DNA of 64,000 bases from Camelus dromedarius (taxonomy: Eukaryota), in assembly GCF_036321535.1 (NCBI RefSeq), contig NC_087436.1, positions 56,856,001 through 56,920,000 on the forward strand, given 5' to 3'. The notes below the pieces were generated by a model that did not search any database, was not told where the DNA came from, and saw only the letters and a program-made list of their open reading frames with translations. The first letter of the stretch is position 1, and each line of letters opens with the position of its first letter. Positions 13,191 to 24,914 of this stretch are shown here, one piece after another. Position numbers and translations under genes: made by a program.

Positions 13191-14034
13191 GTGACAGTGT
13201 TCTAGTACATAGCCCTTGTCCTCATTTTTACCATCTTCCTATGCACCCAGGAGCAAGGTGTACCTTAGACAATGAATGTTGTTAGAAAAGTTCATTCAAG
13301 AACTGATCTATCACACTAGTGAAAAACAAAACTCTCAGACTATTACAAAAGATTAATGTGCCTAATATCCAGAATTCAGTTCAAACTAAAAAATTTTAAA
13401 AAGAAAAAAGAAAAGCCCTCAAGATTTTTATGATATGGTCATACGTCAGAAGAGGAGAAGATGCATCTTCTGAAGCCTGAGGAAAATTTGCAAGCACTGG
13501 AAAAAATAAAGGTCAGCTTAAAGTCTTACACTCAACAAGGACAGTCTCCCTCACTCCATGACACTGCAAGTGAGACAGAAGAGTAGGGGAGCAAGAACGT
13601 GCCTGCTTTCTACTCTGCTAGTGATTTTTAAAAATCAAAGATAGCGTTTTCAGTCTTGACATGATATGATGACATTTCAAAGGCATAATATAATTGTGAA
13701 GAATTACATTTTTTGAGAAAGGAAATAGATATTTTGGAAATGGTTGCTTCTTTCTCTGGAGCACAAACTACTTCTGGAGAAGGGCAGCCACTTCATCTCC
13801 AAAGGGCCTATTCTTTATGGCAGAAGCAAATTAAAAGCCACGACAACAATGCTGACATTCAACACATGTCAAAAAAGCTGGACTCAAGTTGCATTCAGCT
13901 GACCCAGGGTCCCCAGTATCCATATGTGCTTCAGGAGGGACAAAGAGAAGCAATGTTAACAGAGTGCACACAATATTTTATCCAAACAGCACTCAGATAC
14001 CTGTAAGGTCTGTTTTCTTCTAAAGACAAAGAAT

Positions 14035-14600
14035 GGATATACTCTCTGACCTGCTGCTTCCATTTCTAGATATTTATTCCACAGATATACTCACACATAT
14101 ATGAAATGAAGCACTTTTAAAGTAAACCATTAAGACATTGTTAAGAGCAAACTAAAAGTCCAACAATAGGAAATAAGCGCAACAGATTCTGATCCATATA
14201 GTGAAACATTATGTACCTATTTTTAAAATGAACAAGTTTTAATTACTGATATAGAAAGATCCCTTAAATCAACTGAAGTTTTAAGAAGTTAAGTTAAAAA
14301 GGGAAGTTATCAAACAGTATGCATAGTATCTATCATCTTTAGGAAACATACATGTGCATTGCTCTTACATGCATAAAATATCTCTGCAAAAATACTGCTG
14401 CAAAGTGTTTCAATATACATATACATCAAAGTATATTTAATTGTCTCCTACTGGATGCTCTATGGAAGACAACTAGTTGACTGAGGGACAGGAGGAAGGA
14501 AAAAGAATTTTTACAGCAAAAGCTTTGTAACTTTTGGAGTTTTAACAATATGAATATACTACTCAATCAAAAAAGTAATTAACAAAATTTTGTGGTTTTT
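14035..14600 (+). mobile_element. Ancient L1 (L1ME-like) 3' region
   Basis: TGACCTGCTGCTTCCATTTCTAGATATTTATTCC...AAAGTCCAACAATAGG, followed by a degenerate 3' UTR. Confidence 0.55.
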
Positions 14601-16548
14601 AAAAAAAGAAGAAAAACCAAAAATTTCCTAAGGTCCTCAGGATTAGGAAATGGCAGAGCAGAGACTCAAATCTTGAACTACAATCCAAATCAAAAACTTT
14701 TCATTACAGCATGCTGCTACCTACAACTGCATCTTTGGCACCCTTATAATAAATGCTGCTTATAAAAAAGATTCTGAACTCTCAGGAATGTCAAATCATG
14801 CACTTTCTAATACAGAGATCAGGTAAATGTTATCAGGATAAACTTCACCTCTGTCTGACACTCCATATTCTTTCCATTGCACCAAGTACTCTCCCTCAGC
14901 TAAAAAGAATAATTCATTTATCCAGGAGATCCAGAAGGTAATAATTTGCTATAGCAAAGAAATTTTCTCAGGTTTTAACTTAATTTTCTCAGCTCCAAAT
15001 TACCTCATATAGATTTTCAAAATAGTTTTGTTGGAGGCAGTAGTTACTTTCAAAAATAGCAACTTGAATATTTTGGACCATTTGGACGCCAAATCTCTTT
15101 AAGTTACACCAGATATTCTTTTGGTTTAATCAATGAGGCATAAAACATTTCTAGATCTTTCTGAAAAAGCTGACAATAGACGCAAAGAGCATGAATCCCT
15201 GTTTCTAGTACGGTCTCTAATGATGAATCCAATTTCTAGTATAATTTCCAACATAGAGAATATTTTTTATGCATTCTCTTCTTCTAAAAGAAAAATTCAA
15301 AGCTAAAGAAATATAAATATGTGAAAATATAAGTTCCAGCTCATGCCTTTTAAGGGCCTTTTCTGGGAAGGGATACAAACAGGCAATCTAACAAGAGAAT
15401 GAGAATGCGTACATTAAGATAGAAAGGGAGGGAGGAGGGAAGGAAGCAGTTAAGGAGTACAGAAGTCATTTAGCAATGAACTATGTACTCTGTATAGAGT
15501 CTCCTCACTGTAAACAAGAGTAAGAAGAAGCTTCAGGCACTATTTGGCCCAAACAGAGCACTAGCACGCAAACAAAGGAAAATTAACTCTGCATACAGTG
15601 TCCTAAACTTCAGGACAGAGAGTAAATATGCATAAAATGACTGTTTTCGGCAAATAATCATTTGTGGAAACCGAGGATGTAGGAAGCTAAGAAGAGTAGT
15701 CAAGTAAAGCAAAACATGAATTAAACAACAAAGTGACCACCAATATGCACTTAGTAACTTAGACGGCTCTTTCAGCTCACAGCAACATCGCCTAGGCAAA
15801 GGAAGGTTTAGGACTGGAAAATATGTTAGCCAGGTACTCATTTATATACGGAAGAAACAGACAGAATAGGAAGTCTGGCCAGCCGCAGGACACCAATCAC
15901 CGTTGGCAAGGTGACTGCATAGCAAAAGTGAGCTGAGAAAGACCAATTTATCTGTGAACTCTACTAAGGCTTAGAGGGAAGTGGGTGTGCCCTGAAGAAG
16001 ATTAGATGAATTCCTAACATGTTTTCAAAGCAGAATAAGTCAGTGACTCACAGGGAACAAACAGGCACTTTATATCTGATGTCTTTTGGTTCACGCCTTT
16101 ATTTCCTCTCTTATCTTCCCTTAGAAGAATGTCACAAAAATAGCCCAGTTCCTTATCTCCTTCTAAGTTGAGAAATGGGTGTATATGAACTATTTCTACT
16201 GAATCTACTGAAACACAGACATTATCCCTCAGATTTCCTGTATTAGCTCTTGAACGAGGTAAGGGAGAGTGAGAGTATCAGCCCATCTTACTCCTATCTT
16301 CCCGGTAAATGAAATCATGTTCCATGAAAGGTTCTCCCTTCTAGTTGCAAAACCCTCTAAATTAAAATGTCATGACAGACGGATTTCCAAGAAAAGGCTC
16401 AGGGTTTGGAATAAATGTTGGACAGCAATTCAGTGGAGAGGTAAGCATGGGCTCTCCTGGATTAAGTAACCTTGGGTTCAAATCCTGAATCAGCCATTGA
16501 TGAGTAATCCTGTGCAAGTTACCCAAACTCTCATTTCTTCATCTTAAA

Positions 16549-16585
16549 AAACAACAGCAACAACAACAACAACAACAACAACAAA
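16549..16585. repeat. (CAA)n microsatellite after a MIR fragment (about 16430-16545)
   Basis: Directly visible; upstream TGGGTTCAAATCCTG...GCAAGTTACC is MIR-like. Confidence 0.85.
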
Positions 16586-17054
16586 CAAGAAAAAAAATGT
16601 GAATAAAGGGTACAACAGACAGCAAAAAGACCAGAGCAAGACTAGAATCTGATAAAGATCAGTGACCACCCTAAGTGACCAGAAGTCAGACACGCCAACT
16701 GTGGTGATGGTAAGAGACATGGCGATAAAGGATGGGAAAGGGCTTTTCCGTAATAAAAAGGGTGAACAACTGAAAGAGTATTTAATGGCACTATACCTCC
16801 CAGGAGTGAGAAGGGGTGTCAGAACACTGATTTGTATCCCAATAACAGCCCTTAGTGACGCTGGTACAGAAAAGCTCTGCTGTGCTTGCAGAAGCACAGT
16901 CACCAACCAAAACTTCTAGTGAGCCACAAACAAGGCCTGCTAACCAAGCTAGTGGACAGTGATAAAGTAAGTCACTCAGACCGACCATCTCGTGCAATCT
17001 ACACAATCACAATCAGTTCAGTACACATAATTGAATACTTTAAAAAGGCAAAGT

Positions 17055-17182
17055 ATAGCTCAAGTGGTAGAGCGCATGTTCAGCATCCAAGAGGTCCCGG
17101 GTTCAATCCCCAGTACCTCCTCCAAGCGGAAATCAATGAAGAAACCTAATTACCTCCCCCTCAGAAAACAAACAATACAAAT
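17055..17182 (+). mobile_element. tRNA-derived SINE (Vic-1-like), slightly 5'-truncated
   Basis: A box TAGCTCAAGTGG, B box GGTTCAATCCC, tail AAACCTAATTACCTCCCCC plus A-rich run; TSD AAAAAGGCAAAGT at 17042-17054 and 17183-17195. Confidence 0.88.
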
Positions 17183-17194
17183 AAAAAGGCAAAG

Positions 17195-17723
17195 TGTGGT
17201 AGGCAGAATAATGGCCCAAACAGACATCCCAAAGATGTTCCTGTCCTCATCTCCAGAATCCATAAATAATGCTAAATTACATGGCAGGGGGGAATTAAGA
17301 TATCCTGAAAGTGGAATTAAAGCTGCTAATTAGATGACCTTAAAATAGGGAGATTAGGCTGGATTCTCCAGTGGGCCCAGTGTAATGACAGAGGTCCTTA
17401 AATATGGAGGAGGGAGGCCAAGGAGTCAGTGTTGGAATGAGGTGAGGTGAGAGACTGCAGGCTTTGCTGCCTTTAAAGATGGAAGGAACGGGCAGGAGCC
17501 AAGGAGAGCCGGTGGTCTCTAGAAGACGGAAAAAGCAAGAGAACAGATGTACCCCAGAGCCTCCAGAAAGGAAGGCAACCTTGCCAACACATTAATTCTA
17601 GCTCAGTGAGACTCATTTGGGACTTCTGATCTCCAGAACTGTAAGATAATAAATTTGTGAAGGTTTTTTTTCAGCCACTAGGTTTGTGGTAATTTGTCAC
17701 AGCTGCAATAGGAAACTAATACA
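17195..17723 (+). mobile_element. MaLR solo LTR (MLT1D-like)
   Basis: Starts TGTGGTAGGCAGAATAATGGCCC, ends GGAAACTAATACA; internal CCAGAACTGTAAGATAATAAATTTGTG; exact 5-bp TSD CAAAG at 17190-17194 and 17724-17728. Confidence 0.88.
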
Positions 17724-18370
17724 CAAAGAAATCATCTTTTGAAAGGCTTTTATGAAAATGCTACAGTAAACATTTTAAGCACTGAGGTATCTAATGTCAA
17801 TTTATCTGGAAAATTCAGTTATTCAGAATTAGCTATGCCCTGATGTTTTGGGGTTAACTGAAGTTTTACCACTAACTTTATATAAATGCTTTTTTTTTTC
17901 ATTAAGCCTAAAATCACTAACAGTTAACTGTAAACCTAGATGTTACAATGCCAATGAGATAACCACAACATAACTCAGATGCAATTTCTAATACCTTAAA
18001 TCCATTACATATTTAGATTTAAAAGGGAATGCTAGGGTTGAATATATTAAGTAAAAATTACAAGTAATATGTATATGCTAAAATACTAAAAGTTAAAAAA
18101 TTTGATATCCCTGATGTTTTCATGCCTCTTACCATAGATTAAATTTTGCTTTATATTTTAAAAGTTACTTCAAATTATAGATGGGATGTTAAAAATTCAA
18201 GAACACCTACACATGTTTCAGAACATCTTCTATCAATAATGGAAATTTTCATTTATATTTAATATCAGATACATATTAAACACATTAATATATTTTCTAA
18301 AGAGTAAGAGTACCAGAAAACAGAACCCATCTGAAACCTCTTCAGAGTAAACTCCAAAGATTTCCAAATA

Positions 18371-18834
18371 CAGGCATACTCTGTTTTATTGTACTTTGCT
18401 TTTTACACGTTGAAGGTGTATGGCAACCCTGTGGCCAGCAAGTCTACTGGTGCCATTTTTTGCACCAGTATTTACTCCTTTCGAGTCTCCACACCACCTT
18501 TTGTTAATTAATTCTCACAAAATTTCAAACTTTTTTATTATATTGTATTTGTCATGGTGATCTGTAATCAGCGATCTTTGATGTTACCACTATGACTCGC
18601 TGAAAGCTCAAATGATAGTTAGCATATTTCAGCAATAAAATATTTTTTAATTAAGGTATGTGCATTGTTTTTGACATAATGCCACTGCACACTTAACAGA
18701 CTACCTTTTATAGTGTAAACATAACTTTTACACACCCCAAGAAACCAAAAATGTCATGTGACTCAGTTTACTGCAATATTCACTCTATTGAGGTGGTCCT
18801 GAACTGAGCCCACAATATATCCGAAGTATGCCTG
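18371..18834 (+). mobile_element. Tigger1-derived non-autonomous DNA transposon (internal deletion), 464 bp
   Basis: TIRs CAGGCATACT / AGTATGCCTG; TA on both sides (18369-18370, 18835-18836); both arms resemble recalled Tigger1 ends, with no transposase between them. Confidence 0.88.
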
Positions 18835-20299
18835 TAGCTTTTGTCTGATATCAAAAAAAAAAAAGTAAATACAAAGAGGAAAACTGTTACTTACATACAC
18901 TTCTCTAGGTAAAGTTTACCTTCTTTTTCTACACTGTAACTTAAATATGAAACTATTTTGTTTTGAGTAGAAATGTGGCTGTGTGCACATGGATGTATAT
19001 ATGGACGTGGTGGGGAGAGGGTATTTTAATGCGTCATAACATGGTGGGGTGAGGATATTTAAATGGGTCATGGTAGGAACAAAAAACCATTTTCTACTGC
19101 AGGGAAAAATTAATAGCAGGGGCAGTATTAGCAATGCAATATCATTACTAATTAAAATACTACATTAGACTAGTTTGAAAAATCCATCACTACATTCAGC
19201 TCTGTGATAATACACTCTTCCTGAAGCAAGTATCATAAATGCTAATGGTCAAAATTATGCATCCATCATTGTACCATCTGCACAAAAGTGGATAACAAAT
19301 TTTACAGATACTACTCATTTGGGCCTATAACTTCACAGGCTTTTTTTTCACTATCTAAATAACACCTCCTACGCAAGATAGATTATGTTAAGACTACAGT
19401 CTAAGAGTTTTTATAAAATAGCAAAAAGTAAGACATATTTCACAAAAATAATGTTTCCTAAAACATTTAGTTTTGAAAATTCGTCAGTTGTCAGGAATTT
19501 AATAGGAGAGGAGAAGGCAATATTGAAAAAAAAAATCAGTCCTTTCATCAGAAAAATAAATGAAAAATATATCCAAGCACTATGACCTTATCAAATAGGC
19601 TTATGCAACTGTGAAAAACAAACAAGAATACATAAGAACAACTAGACTGGGGCAGTTTGTTTTATCCAGTATCCAGTATTCAAAAACAAACATCTACTAA
19701 AAATGACAAGAAAATGAAAGATGGTCATGTTTCCCATCAAGGAAATACTATTTAGAACTGGAACATAGTGCTCTTAAAAAGAAACAATGACCTCCAACCT
19801 TGACAAAAATGTCTCCTTAGGAAGAAGCTATCACTCACAAAATGCTGAGAGCACAATAATTCAATAATGTGATCTGAGCAACATTCTTTCTTATAATTTT
19901 CCCCTTTTTGGTATGTGTGTCAGGCACTGGGTAAGAGGAAAACAATTTTTTTTAAACATACATAAACAACGAAACCAAAATGTGCTGATGGAGCTACCAC
20001 AAACAGGCAAAGCAAATATTATTTGGGCTTTTAAAAATATATATATGTACATGGATAATAAAAGATGCTGATGTATTAAATTTATTTTTTTTATTTAAAG
20101 GAGCAAGCTCCATCATTTGTGGTATAGAGAATTGTTTTAAAAGTATAACTTATTAGTAAAGAGGTCTAAATAAGCCTAAAGAAATTCACAGGCATTGCAA
20201 TTATATATTTCAAATATTTATATAATTTAGGCAAACTACCTATTAAATGCTCAGGTTTAAGTTTCTCAACTAATCTAACTATTCTATAAAAGAGGGATT

Positions 20300-20430
20300 C
20301 CTAATTTATGGGTAAATAAACAGAGGTTTTAAGAACTGAAGTAACTTGCTCATAGTCCTAGAGCTACTAAGTGATAAAGTCAGGATTAGAACTCTGATGT
20401 CTGGATGTTTCTGACTGGTCTCCACTGAAC
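20300..20430 (-). mobile_element. MIR SINE fragment
   Basis: Antisense MIR: AAACAGAGG...GAAGTAACTTGCTCATAGTCCTAGAGCTACTAAGTG...CAGGATTAGAAC. Confidence 0.65.
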
Positions 20431-20774
20431 CAGGAAAACCAGTCTATGCTGCCTGCCTTTTCTGTGCTGGAGTTAACCATGGCAAGGTAACTCCAGTCTT
20501 TATCGAGAGAATTCATCTGTGAATTTTACACACATACTTCCCAAAACAGTACGCAACAAGTAGAAAAAATTTACCAGGTGTGAATTCATTCCTAATTAAA
20601 TAAAGGACTAGATACCATACAGATAATGCCTCAAAACAGATGGGCTACAAACAGAGCAGAATAAATTAGCATGGCATCTCAGTGCAGTGGGGGAGAGGCA
20701 CAGCTCCTAGTCGTAACAGATTCACCCCTTACTCAGGGTCTCCACAGAAAGCTGGAGTAATAAAAGCATGTACC

Positions 20775-21227
20775 TAAAGTGAGTTGAATGGTGGTCCTCA
20801 AAAAGATATGTCCATGTCCTAAAACCCAGACCCTGTGAACGTTACCTATTTGGAAAAGGGGTCTTTGCAGATATAATTAAGTTAGAGACTTTTCAATGAG
20901 CTCATCCTGGATTACCCGAGTAGACTCTGTATCCAAGGACAAATCTACTTGTAACAGACAGAAGAGGAGAAGATAGGAAGAGGAGGAGATAAAGTGGCCA
21001 TGAAGGCAGGGACTGAACTGATGTAGCCGTAAGGAATGCTGACAGCCACTTGAAGCTGAAGAGGCAAGGAAGGATTCTCCCCTAGAGCTTCCAGAGGGAC
21101 TGCAGCCTTTCTGCCACTGATTTCAGACTTCTGGTCTCCAAAACTGTGAGAGAAAAAATATCTGTTGCTTTAAGCCATTTAATCTGTGGTAATCTGCTAC
21201 ATAAACTACCGGAAACTATAAAATACA
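20775..21227 (+). mobile_element. MaLR solo LTR (MLT1C-like) inserted in a MIR remnant
   Basis: GAGTTGAATGGTGGTCCTCAAAAAGATATGTCC...GGGTCTTTGCAGATATAATTAAG...TTCAGACTTCTGGTCTCCAAAACTGTGAGAG...ATACA; flanks GTACC / GTACA (4 of 5). Confidence 0.82.
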
Positions 21228-21455
21228 GTACAAAAAGAGTGTTGAAAAGATTTGATGAGATAGCATATTCAAAGCACCTTAATCTGTAGATATATAATAA
21301 GTATTAGTAATTATTATTAATTAATGAATACACAGACATTCTACATATAAATGTCTGCTTTTTAATGTTTTTCAGGATGGAAAATGTCACATATTTCTTT
21401 CCTCACTGCAAAAATAACTGCCAAAATGTAGTTGGTAGCCCAGTAAATACATATA

Positions 21456-21572
21456 TTTTTAGAGGGATGAACAACTAGGTTTATTTATTTATTATGGAGG
21501 TGCTGGGAATTGAACTCAGGACCTTGTGCAGGCTAAGCACACACTGTACCACTGAGCTATACCCTGCCCCCC
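21456..21572 (-). mobile_element. tRNA-derived SINE (Vic-1-like)
   Basis: Reverse complement reads GGGGCAGGGTATAGCTCAGTGGTACAG...GGTCCTGAGTTCAATTCCCAGCACCTCC, then a tail with (AATA)n and AAACCTAG. Confidence 0.85.
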
Positions 21573-22079
21573 TATTTTTTAAATTATCAACTGTAATCAT
21601 TAAGGTTTGTTTCTAGAAAAAACAATTTTTAAATGATTTTCTCATTTATTTGACTAACTTAGGCTAAATTTACTAGTAGCCTTGAAAAAGTACCAATCAC
21701 TCCCAATCCATTAAATAGATGAAATAAAAGGGGTTTAAGCTCACTGGAAATAGATGGAATTACAGAGTGAATGGTTTAACAAAGAAAAGGAAAAATACTC
21801 ATCGCCCAAGTGAAATACTGTTTCAGTCAATGTATTGCTACTGAAATACAATGATTTTGTCTTCTAAGCCAAAGAGACGTATCAGCCACTTAAGCAGTCC
21901 ATGAAATGTACTGACCAGATGGGCCCAAACCACTTCTCACCTAGAAGGTAAGTGTATCACTGACACCTCCTTCTCTGCAGGGCTCTGTCCTACCAAAGAC
22001 TGGTTGACAAAGGAGAAATAAATGTAAACCCTTTATAAATGCAAGTCCCTATTAAGGCCCAAAATACGGAGCTTCTGAT

Positions 22080-22598
22080 CACAGTTGAAGCAAAGAGGGG
22101 ACTCCTGTCTTAAATTCCACCTCCTTGACTCCATTTCATATCAAAAAAGTAGAGAAGAGCAGGCCACTCCTCCGCCCAGGGTACCTGTCACACCTGAGGC
22201 CAGCAGGTGAACAAGCAGAACTTGGAGATTATGACTTTGTCACAGCACAAGTTCCCTCCACTCATTGTTAAATGTGGCCCACTGAATGTCAAGTTAGGAC
22301 CAATCAGGCACAGACTCCAGCAACCAGGGGAGGGGCTGATTTGGAGGGACAGAAGTTGTACCCTCCATCAGCCCCTGTCCCAGTGGGCAGAGAAGATGTC
22401 TGGGAAGCTCTGTCCTCACAACAGGCAGAAGGAGCAGAAAGAAGGAATGACCTCCCTCCCCAGCTGGTGATGGGCCAAAGGGGGAGCTGGGTGGATAATC
22501 AAGATGGAAAAATGGAGACATTAGAGTTATGGCTCCCCAGGGAGAAGTATGGCACATGGGGCTGCTCCACAAAATGTCCTTGCCAATCTGTGACTACA
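22080..22598 (-). mobile_element. Possible ancient LTR remnant, family uncertain
   Basis: GC-richer island with a sharp right edge ending ...GTGACTACA (TGTAGTCAC on the minus strand, LTR-like terminus); left edge unclear. Confidence 0.3.
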
Positions 22599-23469
22599 AT
22601 TTAGTATAGTTTTATTTAGTGTCACAAACTCGTGCTCATTAGTCTCACTCATTTCTGTACTCTCTCGTGTGCTCTCATTTCCAAGTTCTTGGCAAAAGCA
22701 TTTTTGGGAAACTTTTACCCTCTGATGCAGTATTCAATTCAGCAAATATTTTAACACAAACCATGGGGCAACTCTACACAGGAAAGGTCAGGACATACTA
22801 TTGTAAACAAGAGAGGCACGGCCTCTGCCCTTAGCAGATGTGAATGAGGTTTTATATTAATGAGCCTTTTTTTTCCTTAAGGCCAAAATGTTGGGAAATT
22901 TGGAAGAGGTGTGTGATTGTTCATGTTAGGGGGACAGTACATATTCTACACCCCTAAAAATAGAATAAATATATAATGGCCCTATGAGGGTCCCAGCTCT
23001 GGCCTTTAAGAAATCAAGGGACTGAAGACCTCGCTGGCCCAGATGACTCTGAAATCTCTTGAGAAATATAAATGAAAGATGAAGTAAACTTTCAAAGGAA
23101 CACGGCTTTCCCAGGCGTCTGCATCATTCTGATGGCCTCTCTCACCCCAAACCTGAATTACTGGTTGTGCGCTATCTCACCTGTCACACTACATCAAGTA
23201 CCCACGCAAGACAGGGGCTGTTGTCTTTTTTTCTCTTCTCTGTAACTGCACAGTAATTCCTGGAGCCTCACACCAACTACAAACCTGACAAATACTTGTT
23301 AAAAGAACAAGTAAATAAGTGCTACTAATGGGAGCAAAGAGAGACAAACTAAATGGAAGGAACAGAACAGGGCTCTAAATGCAAGAGAGAAGCAATAGAG
23401 GAGGCAGTAAGACCTGAATCCGTAAAGTTGCTCACCAGAAAGTTACTCAATCAGTTTTGGAACTTTCGA

Positions 23470-23810
23470 TCCTCGCCATCAGACCTCTCACCTTTCTGCC
23501 CGACCCCCATCTAGCCCCAGCCTTCACCAGCTCCCAGCTACACTCAGGAAACAGTCTCCTAACTGGTCTCCTCCCTTCCTTCCTGGCCCTACACACATTA
23601 CACGTATTACACGCAGCCCCAGTGCCCAGGCTCAGGATCCCACAGCTGACCTGAGGCACTGTTTCCCTCCATTTCCTTATTTCTGATAGAAGAAAAATAG
23701 TAACATCCATGCCTCACAGAGTTTTCAAAAGGATTCAATGACTTATATGAAAAGCATTAAAAAGAATGCCTGAAAACCAGTACCTGCTCAATAAATATTA
23801 ACTCTTATTT
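23470..23810 (+). mobile_element. L2 fragment followed by a MIR 3' part
   Basis: L2-like AACAGTCTCCTAACTGGTCTCC, then MIR-like CCTCACAGAGTT...GGATTCAATGA...CTCAATAAATATTAAC. Confidence 0.6.
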
Positions 23811-24866
23811 TTAAACCCGGTATTACTGTATTGCCAAACAACTTTTCTAGTTTCCCATGAACTAAGAACCAAGATTCAAAATTTTATTTATGGTAGCTGA
23901 GAATCTTTTATAAAGAATCTAAACCCTCTTAACCCTCTAACCATCTCCTATTGGTCCTGTTCTCTCAAGAACTACATTTCAGCCCTAGTGAACTATTGAC
24001 AAGTTCTCAGAACACAGTGTGGCTTTCATTAAGCTGGGCTCTCCACCTAAAATGCCCTCTTTCTTCCCACTGTTGACCACCTGGCAAGGCCTTGTCTATA
24101 GTCAAGCTTCGGCTCATGAACGATCGCATGGGACATCTTCTTCACCTCCTTCTGCTCCTTCCTCTGTGCTCCAGATGCTATGTGTACACACCCACACTCT
24201 GTCATCCACCTGTATTATAAAAATGCCCGTTTCTTCCCATTTGGAGCTTCTTGAACTAAGAGATGAATTTATTTCTTTATCTATTTCTGATCCTAGCATA
24301 GTCACTGCCCATGTACTTAACTGTAGTTAAACATATGCCTTCAGAAGAAAGGGAGAAAGGGAAGAAGAAAAAGACGGTGCTTTCTCTTTCATCCGTCATG
24401 GCCTCAGTGGCCCCAATCCTCCCTACGTTTTTCCATTCTCCATGAAGGTCCTCTTCAGCCAATAAATTCAGTCAGCAGCCCAAAGTACACCTACAGTTTT
24501 CTACAATACAAACGAATTTGGGGGTATGAATAATGGATTATACACAGATACACATGCATGGATATAAGTCACAAGAACTCGGTTCACTTGTTACTCATTC
24601 ACATCTTACTGAAGTTTTTATAGTCCTTTTAACCCTTAGCATGGTTCATCTCATTTGATTCCTGGCAAAACTGAATATTTCTTGTACTAACTTTTACCCT
24701 GCCTTGTACTTTAATCACGGAATCACTCTGAACTAGGATCTCTCTTCTCTGGTATTCTGGTAAACTCTCTCCCTGCCTTTAGTCTAAAAAATTCTTTTCA
24801 GAATTTCAAACTTCTGGTGACTGAACAAAGCTACTCTGTTCCTTTCTGCCATCACCATTTGTCCCA

Positions 24867-24868
<2 letters not shown>

Positions 24869-24910
<42 letters not shown>
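24869..24910. repeat. (TG)21 microsatellite
   Basis: Perfect dinucleotide run. Confidence 0.97.

Positions 24911-24914
<4 letters not shown>

Noticed and set aside
17053..17120. tRNA genes here and at about 21500, 29295, 46010 and 55330
   Set aside because: They have A and B boxes but degenerate stems, A-rich tails and target-site duplications, so they are SINE copies.
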